Source: Laetmonice hystrix (lineage: Eukaryota). Taken from it: a stretch of 64,000 bases of DNA. The stretch spans positions 19,778,001 through 19,842,000 of the forward strand of contig OZ249439.1 of NCBI GenBank assembly GCA_965235115.1. Direction: 5' to 3'. The stretch's first letter is position 1. Every line of letters starts with the position of its first letter. Both the position numbers and the translations under genes were made by a program. Below the pieces are notes generated by a model. It worked only from the letters and a program-made list of their open reading frames with translations, was not told where the DNA came from and searched no databases. Below are positions 22,801-33,870 of this stretch, piece after piece.

Positions 22801-25800
22801 AAGACTGTCCCGCAAATATCAGGACTATGTATTTCCACTTCCGAGCAGTTTTACGAGGCACTACAGAAACCAACACCAACCAACTACTAGTCAACGCTAT
22901 CGTAACTAAAGCTAATGACTACAACCATGCCCAGGTTTCTCATGCTAAGATCTCTCAACAGTCCATTGTAATGAGTTTACATGACTGACCAAATGACTGG
23001 CTACCATGGCAGGAAATTAATGCTTCTACATGAGAAGGGAGGATGGAAAAGGGTTTACAAAGACAACAGAACTAGAATACCAGACTTTATTCTCCAGTCT
23101 TCATGTATAGCTCGATCTGGAGAATGAAAAAACACCCACGTGCACGGGTGGCTGATCCTTAAAGGTGAACACAACACACAGATGACGGCCACTGGTGCAA
23201 ATTCTGTTACCAGCTAGCCTAAGTTTCCTCTCACGATATGCCACCAGCATATTATGGAAGAAGGAGGGGGAACGACAGTAAAAAGGGGTGTTTGTTAAAA
23301 TAACCCACCACGGCCTTCGTTTTCAAAGAATCTCTTCCTGCATGGAGTGATACCAGCAGTGCCTGGCCGCTCAGGTTGGCTCAGGTCCAGGGAGGCTGTA
23401 AGAAGGAACAACAACTATTGTAACGTATACATGCTGCCTGTAACGGAGGAATCCTTGGTGAATCCTGCTACCTCGTCTCTACTCTGACCAGGTCAAAAAT
23501 TGACACGCCATCTAGTGTCTTCCTCCACCGTCGTGTACCAATGCCAAATACAACACGTGGTCTTGGTCCTTACCTACTGGTCTCTTCTACTCACAGAAAA
23601 GGCCATAGAGACTGGCAGAGAAGGCGTTTCCTCCTCTCGCAAATTATTGTTTAACATGTTTATTTTCCCCCCAACAAATTCTTGGGGTGCAAAACACTTC
23701 AGAATCAGATCAATCTTTCAATTTTCGACAAGCACATGCTATAATTATAATGCCTGTTCGTTTACAGGCCTTGTCTTTAAAGACCTGTGCACAATCACGT
23801 GCTTGCACACTACTCACCAAGGTAAGCGAAAAAACACCCAACTAGTGACAATAAATTCTTTTAAATCACGCACCCAGTTTTATGCTGTAGACCTTCTACT
23901 CTACATTGCTCAGCCATTTTTCTCCCGGTCCTCTACAGGTTGAGACTACACGGCCTACAATTTTTGCCAGCACAATTGCCGATTGAAATCTTTATAAACT
24001 AGTTTTTAACTCAAATGCTCATAGAAAAACAGCTTGCCTAGCATCACTTAGTTGAGCTTTTTATCGCCTACCTTCATTTCTCAAAAGACAAGGCCTGCAT
24101 TTAGTTAGCCGACATTGAGATACATGTGCTCTTGGTGAGTAGACCTGTTAGTGATTGTTTAAATCCTTCTTTCCTAAATTAGTGCCACGTGACCACTAGT
24201 GGTGTCACACTGATACCATTCCAGGTGCTCTTACTTCTCAAATCAAGCATTCAATGGATCCATCATCATTGGGGGTCCCCAGCTGGCAACATCATGCCCA
24301 TTCAAGGTTCCTACATTACACACTCTGGTATGGGATGGTGGCACTGCCACCAGGTTACAGTCATTATTTCCAACACTTCTAATTCTACAATATGCAATGG
24401 TTAGCTAAGGCCAGTGGTAAATTAACAACAAAATCCCATCAAACTCAAAGTACATTGAGGAGAATTGCAGAATGTGTAAGGACGTGACCTGCCGAGGGCC
24501 CTGTGCAGTGGGCTACATCTGCCCAGTTTATAGGATGGGAGACGCAACAATTTACAGACTACCTATGTGTCATTAACAGCATGCATACTTACTCTGATTA
24601 CGCCGATTGCCCCCTTTACCAGATGGTGGGTCCAAGGCTGGGGCTTGTGCAGGTTCTGATCTTGGGGCTGGGGCCGGTGGGGTCTCCACGGCTGGTGGAG
24701 GCATGTTCTCAGCTGCTGAATCCCCGGCTAGCCTGTCCTGGCTGAATTCTTCCTGCTTGGGCTGACTACTGACAGGACTTCTGATCTCGTTTCCAAAGAT
24801 ATCACAGGTTGGCTGCTTCTGCTGTGCCCTTGGCCTTTGGACTACAGGTTCAGCCTCACCAAAGATGTTACTGGAGGCACCACCTGGAGGACGCAGCACC
24901 CTGAAAAATAGGAAAGAATCCAGCAATTCAAGGAGCTATAATGTACCTCTCACATTTATTTTGACTTTTTGTTGCTGAATATCCAATAGATTGCTTCAAT
25001 TTTTCTATTTCCACAAACTAGATTTTATACTTGAATGTTCAAAAACATAATTTGAGTAAATCCTTTGCACACACTCAGTTGGAAATGTCTGTTTACATTT
25101 ATAAAGCAATAAGATCATTGATTAAAGATAGGCAATGGGCTTAGACAGCCTGTGACAAGTATGCCTGGCATGTTGGAGAGAGGCCTGGGTGTGACCCACT
25201 GCTGGATATGGATCAGTGGGTCCATGTCAGCAGCTATTTCAACTTGCTCAACCACGGCACTCTCCACTGGGCAGCCGGATCTTGTACCATCAACTGATCA
25301 AGCAACTTTCTGCTTTATGTCATTCCTTTGGTTTACAAATTCTTGAACCCATAGACCTGAATTCTACAACATCGGTGGAATATAACAGCTTTCCTACAGT
25401 ACAGCTGTGACCAGGGCACTGTGAGGCTGGTACACCACCACGAGGGATGTGAGCCTTTGCTGGCGCCATCCTGCTGCAGACAGCCCAGTCTCCAGCCTCC
25501 CAGTCATAGCCTCACAGGCCTGCAGCACCACCCACCAGTCCAACAGTTCATACTGATTCATACATGATAATGGATCCAGCTGGCAGTCAGCGGCTGACAG
25601 TGACACTGCTTTGCTATCTTGTATTGATCACTAACATTACTTGGGGCTAAAATTTGGCCCTCATACAGCCTCTGCTTAGGGCTGTTCTCAGAATGTAAAA
25701 TTTACCTAGCCATATTTAGTAATTTGTTCATGTTGTAATGAACAGCCTGTCTTTAAATACCGAGGGGGTCACCAGACACATTAGTTCTGGCCTAATGATC

Positions 25801-28800
25801 ACTAATTCTCTGTGATGCCTTCCATGAAATTCCTCAAACCTGTAATAACACTAACAGGAGGGTTCTCTGAGCTGGAAGTCAGCCAACTCATACTGAGGCA
25901 TGTAGATTGGCACAGCAGTGAAAACCTACCAAATCTAATAGTGCCTGCAGGTTAACTGGCAAAATAAGGACAAAATGGCCATGGCTGGAAAATAGTCTGT
26001 AGGTCTACTGTTATGTGCAGGAGACATACATTCTGGACTGATAGCATATATTGCAATCAGATCTCCTACAATTACAAACCCCCACTGCAGTAGATTACAA
26101 GACTACCTAAAGCACTTATCTTTTCAAAAATCAGCCTTTAATTGGCTTCCACTTAAAAAGGCTGCTGCACCACCAGTACGCGTTCACTGCTTCATTAAAA
26201 ATATGCTGGTATTTTTAGTTACTAGAATAGACGTCTTCAAAGCCTGACACATGATAAAGCTCTACAGCTATCCTGGATTGGGCTCCATTATTTGACTCCA
26301 TCTGCACAACACCAGCCTCCATTCTGGGTACAATGCAGAGCCCACGTTTTTGACACAAGTGCCAATTTGGTCAATGCCGAGTATTAAAGCAGGGGACTGG
26401 TGGTAGTGACAATAATCAGGGCACTGGTCTTCCCCACAGCCTGGCCAGATCATGTACAGCTCCATTTAAAGCTGTGTTTCCCAGGCAATCCGATGCGTTC
26501 TGTGGTATGGTATCCGCCCACCTCATGTCCTGCCAGGGAATCTGGACATACATAATGTTTACCATGGCCAACCTTCCAGCAGGTCATCTGGCCCAATGAT
26601 AGCCGACACTTGACACTCACACATAAACAATACCAGACAGATGAGACCACAACACAATCTAGGATAGAAACGCTATCTTACTTGATAGAATGGGGGCTTG
26701 TCTCGATACTCATTTTTCCTGTGGTCTTAGGATTTTCTGGGGTAAATCCACGGCCTACGTTCTCTTGCTGCGGCTAGGTCCCCTGTTGGCGCTGTCTCGC
26801 ATGCAGCTCTCACTACGAGGCTCATCGACCGAGTGAGCAGCACACAGCAGGTCTAGCGCTATAGTGAACACCCAATCCCTTTTATTACAGCAGCTGTCTG
26901 CGGCCGCTGTGTGATATAGGCTGGGTGGTTGGGGTCACAATTGAACGACATGTGCATGAGAGCATGGATGTTGCAAGACCGTCTGTCTACTTCATCATCT
27001 GTGACTGTCGCCGGGTTTCCTGGTCACTGACACACGGAGACCTGGCACACTCCTCCTGCCGTCTCCCTTTGATACACTGGGTTACTCTACACGCCAACCG
27101 CCTCCCTATTGCTGGCTGGCTGGCTGACTCAGTCAACAACCTCCTGGCTGACTCATTTAAAACTGAACAGTTTTCTTCCTGTAGAAGCTGTACAGTTCTA
27201 TCTATCCCAGGTACTAAGTATAAGCAGTGTTTGAACTCAGACCTCAGTACAACATATTCAACTTCAAAGGTATAGATCTTTTCTGAGGTAGGGGAGATGG
27301 CACCATGCCACTAACAGTACATGTCTCTGTCAAGTTTGTGTGGACTACAATATTTAAGAACTGCTTGGCAAGTCCTAGCCAGGATCACTGATCAAGACGC
27401 CTGCTGTTCCCTGCCATATGGTGGGGCAGGGCTAACAGACATTTTTGTTAAAGAGAGACATTAAAATGACGGGGTTGGGTAAGAAGAGATGCAATACTGT
27501 ACTGTATGTAGTGTACCTTTCTCTAGTTCTAAGAAAAGTCAAACCTACCTGAGTCTGCTTTCTCTCTCATGACATAGTATTTTACCATTTCGGTGTCTGA
27601 CTGTCCTACTTTACTATGAAAGGAGTAGCAGACTTGGCAGGCTGACACTAGTCTTTTTTGGCAACTTATCTGTATATTTTCCGTTTTGACTCATCGATTC
27701 AAGCTAATGCATTTACCCACCAGAACACATTCTTATATCATCTTCAAATATTATACAATCTACAGGCTTTTGCAGCTAGTAAATATAAATATATAAAACT
27801 GGCAGTATCCGCAATTCTAGAAGGATTAACTGTTCAGCAGAACCAGAGCCGGTGCCAGGCAGATATTGCCGAAGACTATGAAGCTTTTTGATAGACCTGG
27901 CGACAGAGGTAGACTCCCTGTCGCTTAGTCCATCTGGCACAGGCAGACCCAGCCGTCAGCATGGCTTGGCTGGAGGTGCAATATTGCCAAATAGCTGTTT
28001 TAAGAGGAATTGGTCAAATGATACCGTTTTGAGGTTCTATTTACTATAGAATGGGGAACCTTGTCGCGGCCTTTTCCGCATGGTGGCAGCACTGTGCAAG
28101 CGGTTCAGGAGGTGACATTTTAGCATAGAATTAGATAGGCTGATATCTGCCTGGCCATGTGCTAATGTGGCTGGTTGCCATGTACCGACATTTGTTCTAA
28201 AAAGGTATGACAATTTTTAAACTTCTTTTATTCACTTTGTCTTTAGTCCAAATGAGTAAATATTATTTAGTAATGATAAGGTTAGGTCATCCTACAGCAT
28301 AATTAGCAGTTCGTCGTCCTATCTAAACTTACAAGTGCTAATGTACACCAGCAAGGACCGCTCGCACAGTGCGGTCGCCTTGCGGATTTGACTTGAAATC
28401 CCCATTGCGCATGCGTCTAATGTACCCCATTAGAAGGGTGGCAGTTGACATTCAAGAATGCCTTTTCACATTTATAATTGTCCCTGCTGCCTCCTGTGGA
28501 AAATGAATTTCTGAAGGTGCCCCTCAGACAGTCACTGTAAAATTTTAGACTAATAAAATTCCAGGACATCTTACACATTTTCCAGGACATTATATTAAGT
28601 AAACTTCTTCACTGGCTGTCAAAATATGATTTTATTACTGTCAGAACAAAAATACTAGTGCTTTTTCTATTTATGTATCAATTTTATAATTGGCAGGAAG
28701 CCGATTCCATTATCTCTTTTCGGAGTCCCATAAACTGTATGTAGTGGACGAGCTGCCATCCAAAATTTGCTAAATTATTATACATCCAATTCTGTGCTAT

Positions 28801-31800
28801 ATCACCAATGGGGTACATTTGACGCATGCGCAATGGGGATTTCCAGTCAAATCTGCATGGCGGCAGCACCTGCACGTCAGTCCTTGCTGGAGTACATTAG
28901 CACTAGCTTAGATAGGACGACGAAATGCTAATGTGCTGTAGGATGACCTAGCCTTATCATTACTAAATAATATTAACTCATATGGACTAAAGTGAATGAA
29001 AGAAGTCTAAAAATTGCCATACCTCTTTCGAACAAATGTCGGTATGGCAACCAGCCACAGATTAGCAGATATCAGCCTATCTAATTCTATGCAAAAATGT
29101 CGCCTTCAGAACCGCTTGCACAGTGCTGCCACCATTGCGGAAAGGTACCCCATTTGCTATATTATACATCTTCCTGCCATTCTCTGTGCGACGTTGCTTC
29201 TACTTTGACGTTGGTTTCCAGAGCGAGCCATCCCATATCGTATTTTCGGAATGGTCACGTGGTTCAAATGGACCAATCAGATTGCTTAGCTGCGCCAGGT
29301 GTATAATATAGGAATTTATAGGATGGCAAGAAAAATATAATTTATAAATGGGAAATTGCTGTGCACCATGCTACTCCTAGTTCTACTGGCAGTACTGGCG
29401 AGTGGCGTACACCTGTACAGTACTGCAACTGGCAGTAGCACAGCTACACTGCCAAGCCCACATATCTGATATCAATGACTCACTTATAAATGATTACACT
29501 ACTTGACTATGGACAGTACTACTTTACTATGCACATGCAGGCATGCCGGCCATGCCCCTGGCCTCTGATTTTGGCAGTTTTGCTATCTGTTCTTGCCTGC
29601 TGTCCACAACATCTGTTCAAGTTCTCCGAGACCCCAAAGGAACTAGACTATACAGTAGAGACAACTAACAACAGGGTTGTAGCCAAAGCGCAGACACGTG
29701 GGGCAGAGCCGAGCTGACAAGCGCCTCTGCCACGCTGAGAATTTTCACAAGTTATATATTTTTAAAAAATAATTAAAAAAATTTTTTTTTGCTTGTCAGA
29801 TTTTTCTTGGAGGGGTATTCTCGATTCGGTATAAGCATGTTAACGGGCAGTGGCAGGCCTGATTTTAAGACGCAAACGATCGTTTCGTTTGCGTGTCGTT
29901 CACCTAAAATGGAAAGGCCGAGAACGATAATCTGTTCACCTGCAAATTTTGCAAGCCTGCGATTAACAGGCAAACGGTCGTTTCGTTCGCCTGTCGGTTA
30001 CCTAAAATAAAAAACAGGGGAACGAAAAATGGGTTACGCAAATTTCCCTTAATCTCAGGCCTGAGGGGGCAGGGCAGCAATTGCCCCCCAGGTCTCTGGA
30101 AAATGAAAAATTCGGAAATTTGCCATCTGGGACACCAGGGCCCGGTTTCTCGAAACATCTCAAGGCGTACTTAAGTACCTTATGCTCAAATTGAGCACGG
30201 AGGCGTTTCTCGAAACTTTTTCACGTACTTAAGCATGTGCTCAACGGCCTGATTCTGAGCATGCTACCATAGCATGCTCAACTCTGAGCACCATCATCTA
30301 AAATTAAAATTAACTCATCTTCCACACTCCAGTTAGCAGCCCTCTTCCTTCCTTTCCCAACTTTGCCCTTCATGAGTGTCTTTGTGAAATAATAATGTGA
30401 AAAAACGACCGCAAAAGTCGGCAGGAACATTTGCAAGTCGTGTATAAAAATACGCGCCAGCAGACAACTTGACACACTTATTGTTATTGTGACGTAATCT
30501 ATTGTCACCAGTGACGTCGTTCATTGTCGTCAGTGACGTCGTTCATTGTTATCAGTGACGTAATAGAATCTTGCATTGTCTAGAGTTGAGAACGGGTTCT
30601 CAAGCCTGAGATGCTTGGAGAAACGGCTAAGAACCGCTGAGTACGCCATTGAGCACGCCAGTTGAGCATACGTTCTCAAAAATCCTTGAGATGTTTCGAG
30701 AAACCGGGCCCAGATCATCAAGTGAAACCAAACTATAGCGGGGGTTTCCCAAGCCCAGGCCCCCTAATTGGCCATTCGGTAAAATTCGCTGTATTTGGTA
30801 AAAATGTTCCCTTTTCTTTTTTTAAGTGCTTAACCCCCCCCCCCCCCCCCCCGGAAAAAAGTTAAGGTCGAGTCATAGCAACAGTCAGAGCCAACACTGA
30901 ATCAGTGGATGAGTCCACTCCTAAAGCTGTATCCTCACTGGACGCGTGCGACGCAAGCGTTTTTTTAAAGAAGTAATGGAAATGAATGGAGCGCGTCACA
31001 AAAAATGTCGCACGCATTGCGTGTGGCCAGTGCAGATCTGGCTCCATTCATTTCCATTACTTCTAAAATAAACGCTCGCGCGCGTCGCACGCGTCCAGTG
31101 AGGATACAGCTTAATAGTCTCCTTGCCGTTCGTTTGTATAGGGCGTGCAAGTCTCGCGTCCTTGACCCCTAAATGACCCGAAATAGCCTCGAAACGTGTC
31201 ACGTTGGTCCCTAAACGATTGTTACGTCACAATTTCTCCATTGGTTTAACATGGGATAAGAAAACACACTTTCAAACATCGACCAGATTTTTGTCAGTTT
31301 TGACATCTACACGAAATGTATTCTTTCATAAGTAAAACAGGTTGGTGCTCTTGTTTTGTAAGTTACAATAATGAAAGCGCCCTAGCTATGAAATAATAAT
31401 ATTTAGAAGTTGAGAGTTGCCGGCTCCTATGGGAGTCGCAATGCTAAAATGACGAGGTTACGACACGTTAGGACCAAAGCCGTTCTCGGGTTTTGTCATG
31501 TTTTCCCTTGACCCACTTGCACGCCCTATTCCATTCATTATCTGCCATGATTGTTATACACTCATACTCATAGTCATAGTGATAGTACAGTAGATCTACT
31601 GTCATACTAAGTCATACTGTCGTTAGATCTAACATTAGAGAGAGTAGAGTACGAGTAGAGCCTCTACTCGTACTCTACTACTAGAGGACGACTGTTACAG
31701 GGGAAGGCCTACATTCCAATCGTTCCTCGCCGACATGCCGCATTGCCGCTCTACGCAAGTCTAGACATCGGCCCGGCCGGGGTCTCGCTATCCCAGCGAG

Positions 31801-31947
31801 GCCGTCGGTGGCACTCGAGATTGACAACCACCCATTCATTTCTCACCCAGTGACGACGGTGAACTCGTTTGTATGGTGAATTCAAGAAACTCACCTTGAA
31901 GATGGCTTATCGTCCTCTCGCATTCCTTGAAACATAGATGTCGACAT
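13838..31947 (-). CDS. JPT2: Jupiter microtubule-associated homolog (JPT/HN1 family)
   Basis: Minus-strand exons: first exon 31895-31947 (MSTSMFQGMREDDKPSSR) or 26682-26713 (MSIETSPHSIK); 24593-24900 (VLRPPGGASSNIFGEAEP...CDIFG...GNRRNQ); cassette 20482-20601; 19320-19412 (AYNPITMQDNPDFFDG...); 16356-16378 (ESPGPQWK); last exon 13838-13903 (PKSNASPRNRQPPGGASSITF*). The N-terminal SSRVLRPPGG and C-terminal RQPPGG.SS motifs are family hallmarks. Likely co-orthologous to JPT1 and JPT2; the internal exon set is uncertain. Confidence 0.85.
19602..19688. repeat. 43-bp tandem duplication
   Basis: TTGGAGAGGTTGACATAGGAGCAGATAGATC(C)ACCATACAGAGT at 19602 and 19645. Confidence 0.9.
26682..26713 (-). 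CDS. JPT proximal alternative first coding exon
   Basis: ATG AGT ATC GAG ACA AGC CCC CAT TCT ATC AA|GTAAG; phase 2 matches exon 2 (giving ...SIK-VLRPPGG); preceded by a CpG-containing, UTR-like leader at 26714-26860. Confidence 0.65.
28053..28428 (+). mobile_element. MITE, GGGGTAC family (copy 2)
   Basis: AT|GGGGAACCTT...AATGTACCCC|AT; collinear with 10529-10887. Confidence 0.85.
28810..29151 (-). mobile_element. MITE, GGGGTAC family (copy 3, inverted)
   Basis: AT|GGGGTACATT...AAGGTACCCC|AT; reverse complement of copies 1 and 2. Confidence 0.85.
30139..30710. mobile_element. PIF/Harbinger-like MITE (572 bp)
   Basis: Perfect 27-bp TIR GGCCCGGTTTCTCGAAACATCTCAAGG; CAG 3-bp TSD on both sides; internal 22-bp tandem repeats (CAGTGACGTCGTTCATTGT). 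Confidence 0.9.
30925..31111. mobile_element. Tourist/Harbinger-like hairpin MITE (187 bp)
   Basis: Perfect ~30-bp TIR AGCTGTATCCTCACTGGACGCGTGCGACGC; TAA TSD at 30922-30924 and 31112-31114. Confidence 0.88.
31141..31526. mobile_element. TA-flanked MITE (386 bp)
   Basis: TIR GGGCGTGCAAGT / ACTTGCACGCCC with TA on both flanks. Confidence 0.7.
31895..31947 (-). CDS. JPT distal (canonical) first coding exon
   Basis: MSTSMFQGMREDDKPSSR with donor AAG|GTGAGT; resembles the HN1/JPT N-terminus (MTTTTTFKG.D...SSR). Confidence 0.85.
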
Positions 31948-33870
31948 ATTTGCGTTTATTATTAACTTCCTCAAGGGAATGTGCAGTGGATTCGAAACGC
32001 CGGTTCTATCAAGGTTTCAACTCCCACGAGCACCTGCGCTACCGCCGTTTTGAATCTTTCCGAGTTTTGCTGGTGACATCACGACTCGCGAGAGCGAGGG
32101 ATTCTCCGTCACTAGGTCTGTTGCAAGATGGGCCGTGATTGGCTCCTTATCAAAATGCCAGCCTTTCAACACAGATTAGACTAAGCTTATTTGAATCATG
32201 CATAAGGAACTTTGAGAAGGGGCACCGGTAAGAACAGCGTTTGACGAATATATTGCCGACAGTTTTATTTCCTAGCGTAGACTGACATCGATAAATAGAG
32301 TACTGAAGTGAACCACGTGGCACTTGTCGGGCTCCTGTATACCCAATCAGAGAGGGTGTTAGGAAGGCGCCTAAAGTGCGTCCCCATATAATTTTTTCAA
32401 GATATTTGTTTGGGAAATAAGGTACACCTATTTCAGAGGTAGGGAAGTATATTGGGTTATATAGAGTTCTTCTAGCATTTAGACATGAACAACACACGGA
32501 AATTCATTGGGGATATCCCCGAAAATCACGTAAGATGGTATTTCCCCGTGTCCCCCCTCACATGACTGAATGAACCAATCACCGTGGGGATTTCCTTGTG
32601 TTATTCCCGCCAATTCGAAAGTGACAACACCAAAACAGTGACAGAAAGATACACTTGTTGTTGATTGAAAGGTGTTGTTTGATATATATCGTCAACAGAA
32701 TAACATTGCTGATGATGTGCTGATTACCTTACAGGGGCAGTTGTTATTATTTCTAGTCAGCCATTACAAGAAAAACCCACCATCATAACTGAAGGTAGAA
32801 AAGTTCTAACTGGGACTGGCTAACCCAGTTTCCCAGCCTTACTGATCTCGGTGAATGCTTTGCCTTTGCACTTTCGGTACCAACTTGTACTCTCTTGGGC
32901 GTTTATCTGCTAGACAACTTAAATGTTCGGGCGAACGGGAAACCGAGAAGAGTATGTTACCGCAGGATTCCTGACAAAAAAGTATTCCGAGAATGGACAG
33001 TTACTAAGGTAATTTTCATATAACTTTCCAAGTCAGTTGAGTAGGCTACGCTGTCTAGGAGACATCCCAAGCACAGAGCATCCCGACACGATTCGTTTTC
33101 AATTTAAAACGCGAACAAGAGGCAGCACCGTTCGCTCTCTCCGTATAGAAAGTTCTGAACCGGATGACCCTTGGTAGTTGACTTGTTTTTTGTTTTTTTA
33201 TTCAACTTCCTCGGGCAAACAGGATCCATATAGGCATGAAGTTTTAGCGTGGTAACACTCAAAATCTGGTCGCACCGATGGCAAGGACGTGCGGGGATGT
33301 GACTTGTGAGCGCGGGGTTTCCCACAGTATAGCGGTCGGTCGGCCAGTGAGGGCCGTGCGATAACGTGTTTGACAGCTTTTTTCGAGCTTTCTGAAACAT
33401 TTTCAGACCATAGCGGGACCGTGTGAAAATGTGTTTCAACGTGTTAATAAGTGTTTTGCTGTGTACTACATCCAACATTGGAGGACGGACCTCCCAATTT
33501 CCAAATCATTTGGATTTGCTATCCTCGAAGTCACATGACCAGTTCTTCCCGATTGATAATTCCAAGAACTTTCGCCTTTAAATAAACTCTTTATCGGCGA
33601 ATATCGCACATGTTTGTACTGGCTGATAGGAAAACATCCATGTTATTTGCCTTCCCGAGAATTTTCTGGTGTTTTGTTAAGTTTGGGGGAAGATATTTAG
33701 ATCAAAAGTTCCCATAGTAAAGCATTGGTACACGGCTTGCGGGACTCATTCGCCAATCGGGTGGCGGAGAGAGAACGTTGACTCTGTGGGTTTACGCAAG
33801 AAATAGGGTTGGAAAAGCTGCTTGGAATGTCGGATTGCGATCTAGATCAAAGACCACTCTAGGATACTCA
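31948..33870. promoter_or_regulatory. Putative divergent promoter region JPT / CRAMP1
   Basis: About 1.9 kb between oppositely oriented start codons; locally CpG-rich; CCAAT boxes near 32138 (minus strand), 32575 and 33753. TSSs were not determined. Confidence 0.55.

Noticed and set aside
21892-23943. ORFs of 117 aa (21892-22245, -) and 147 aa (23500-23943, +) in a JPT intron
   Set aside because: No recognisable motifs or exon structure; consistent with chance ORFs or unrecognisably decayed repeats.
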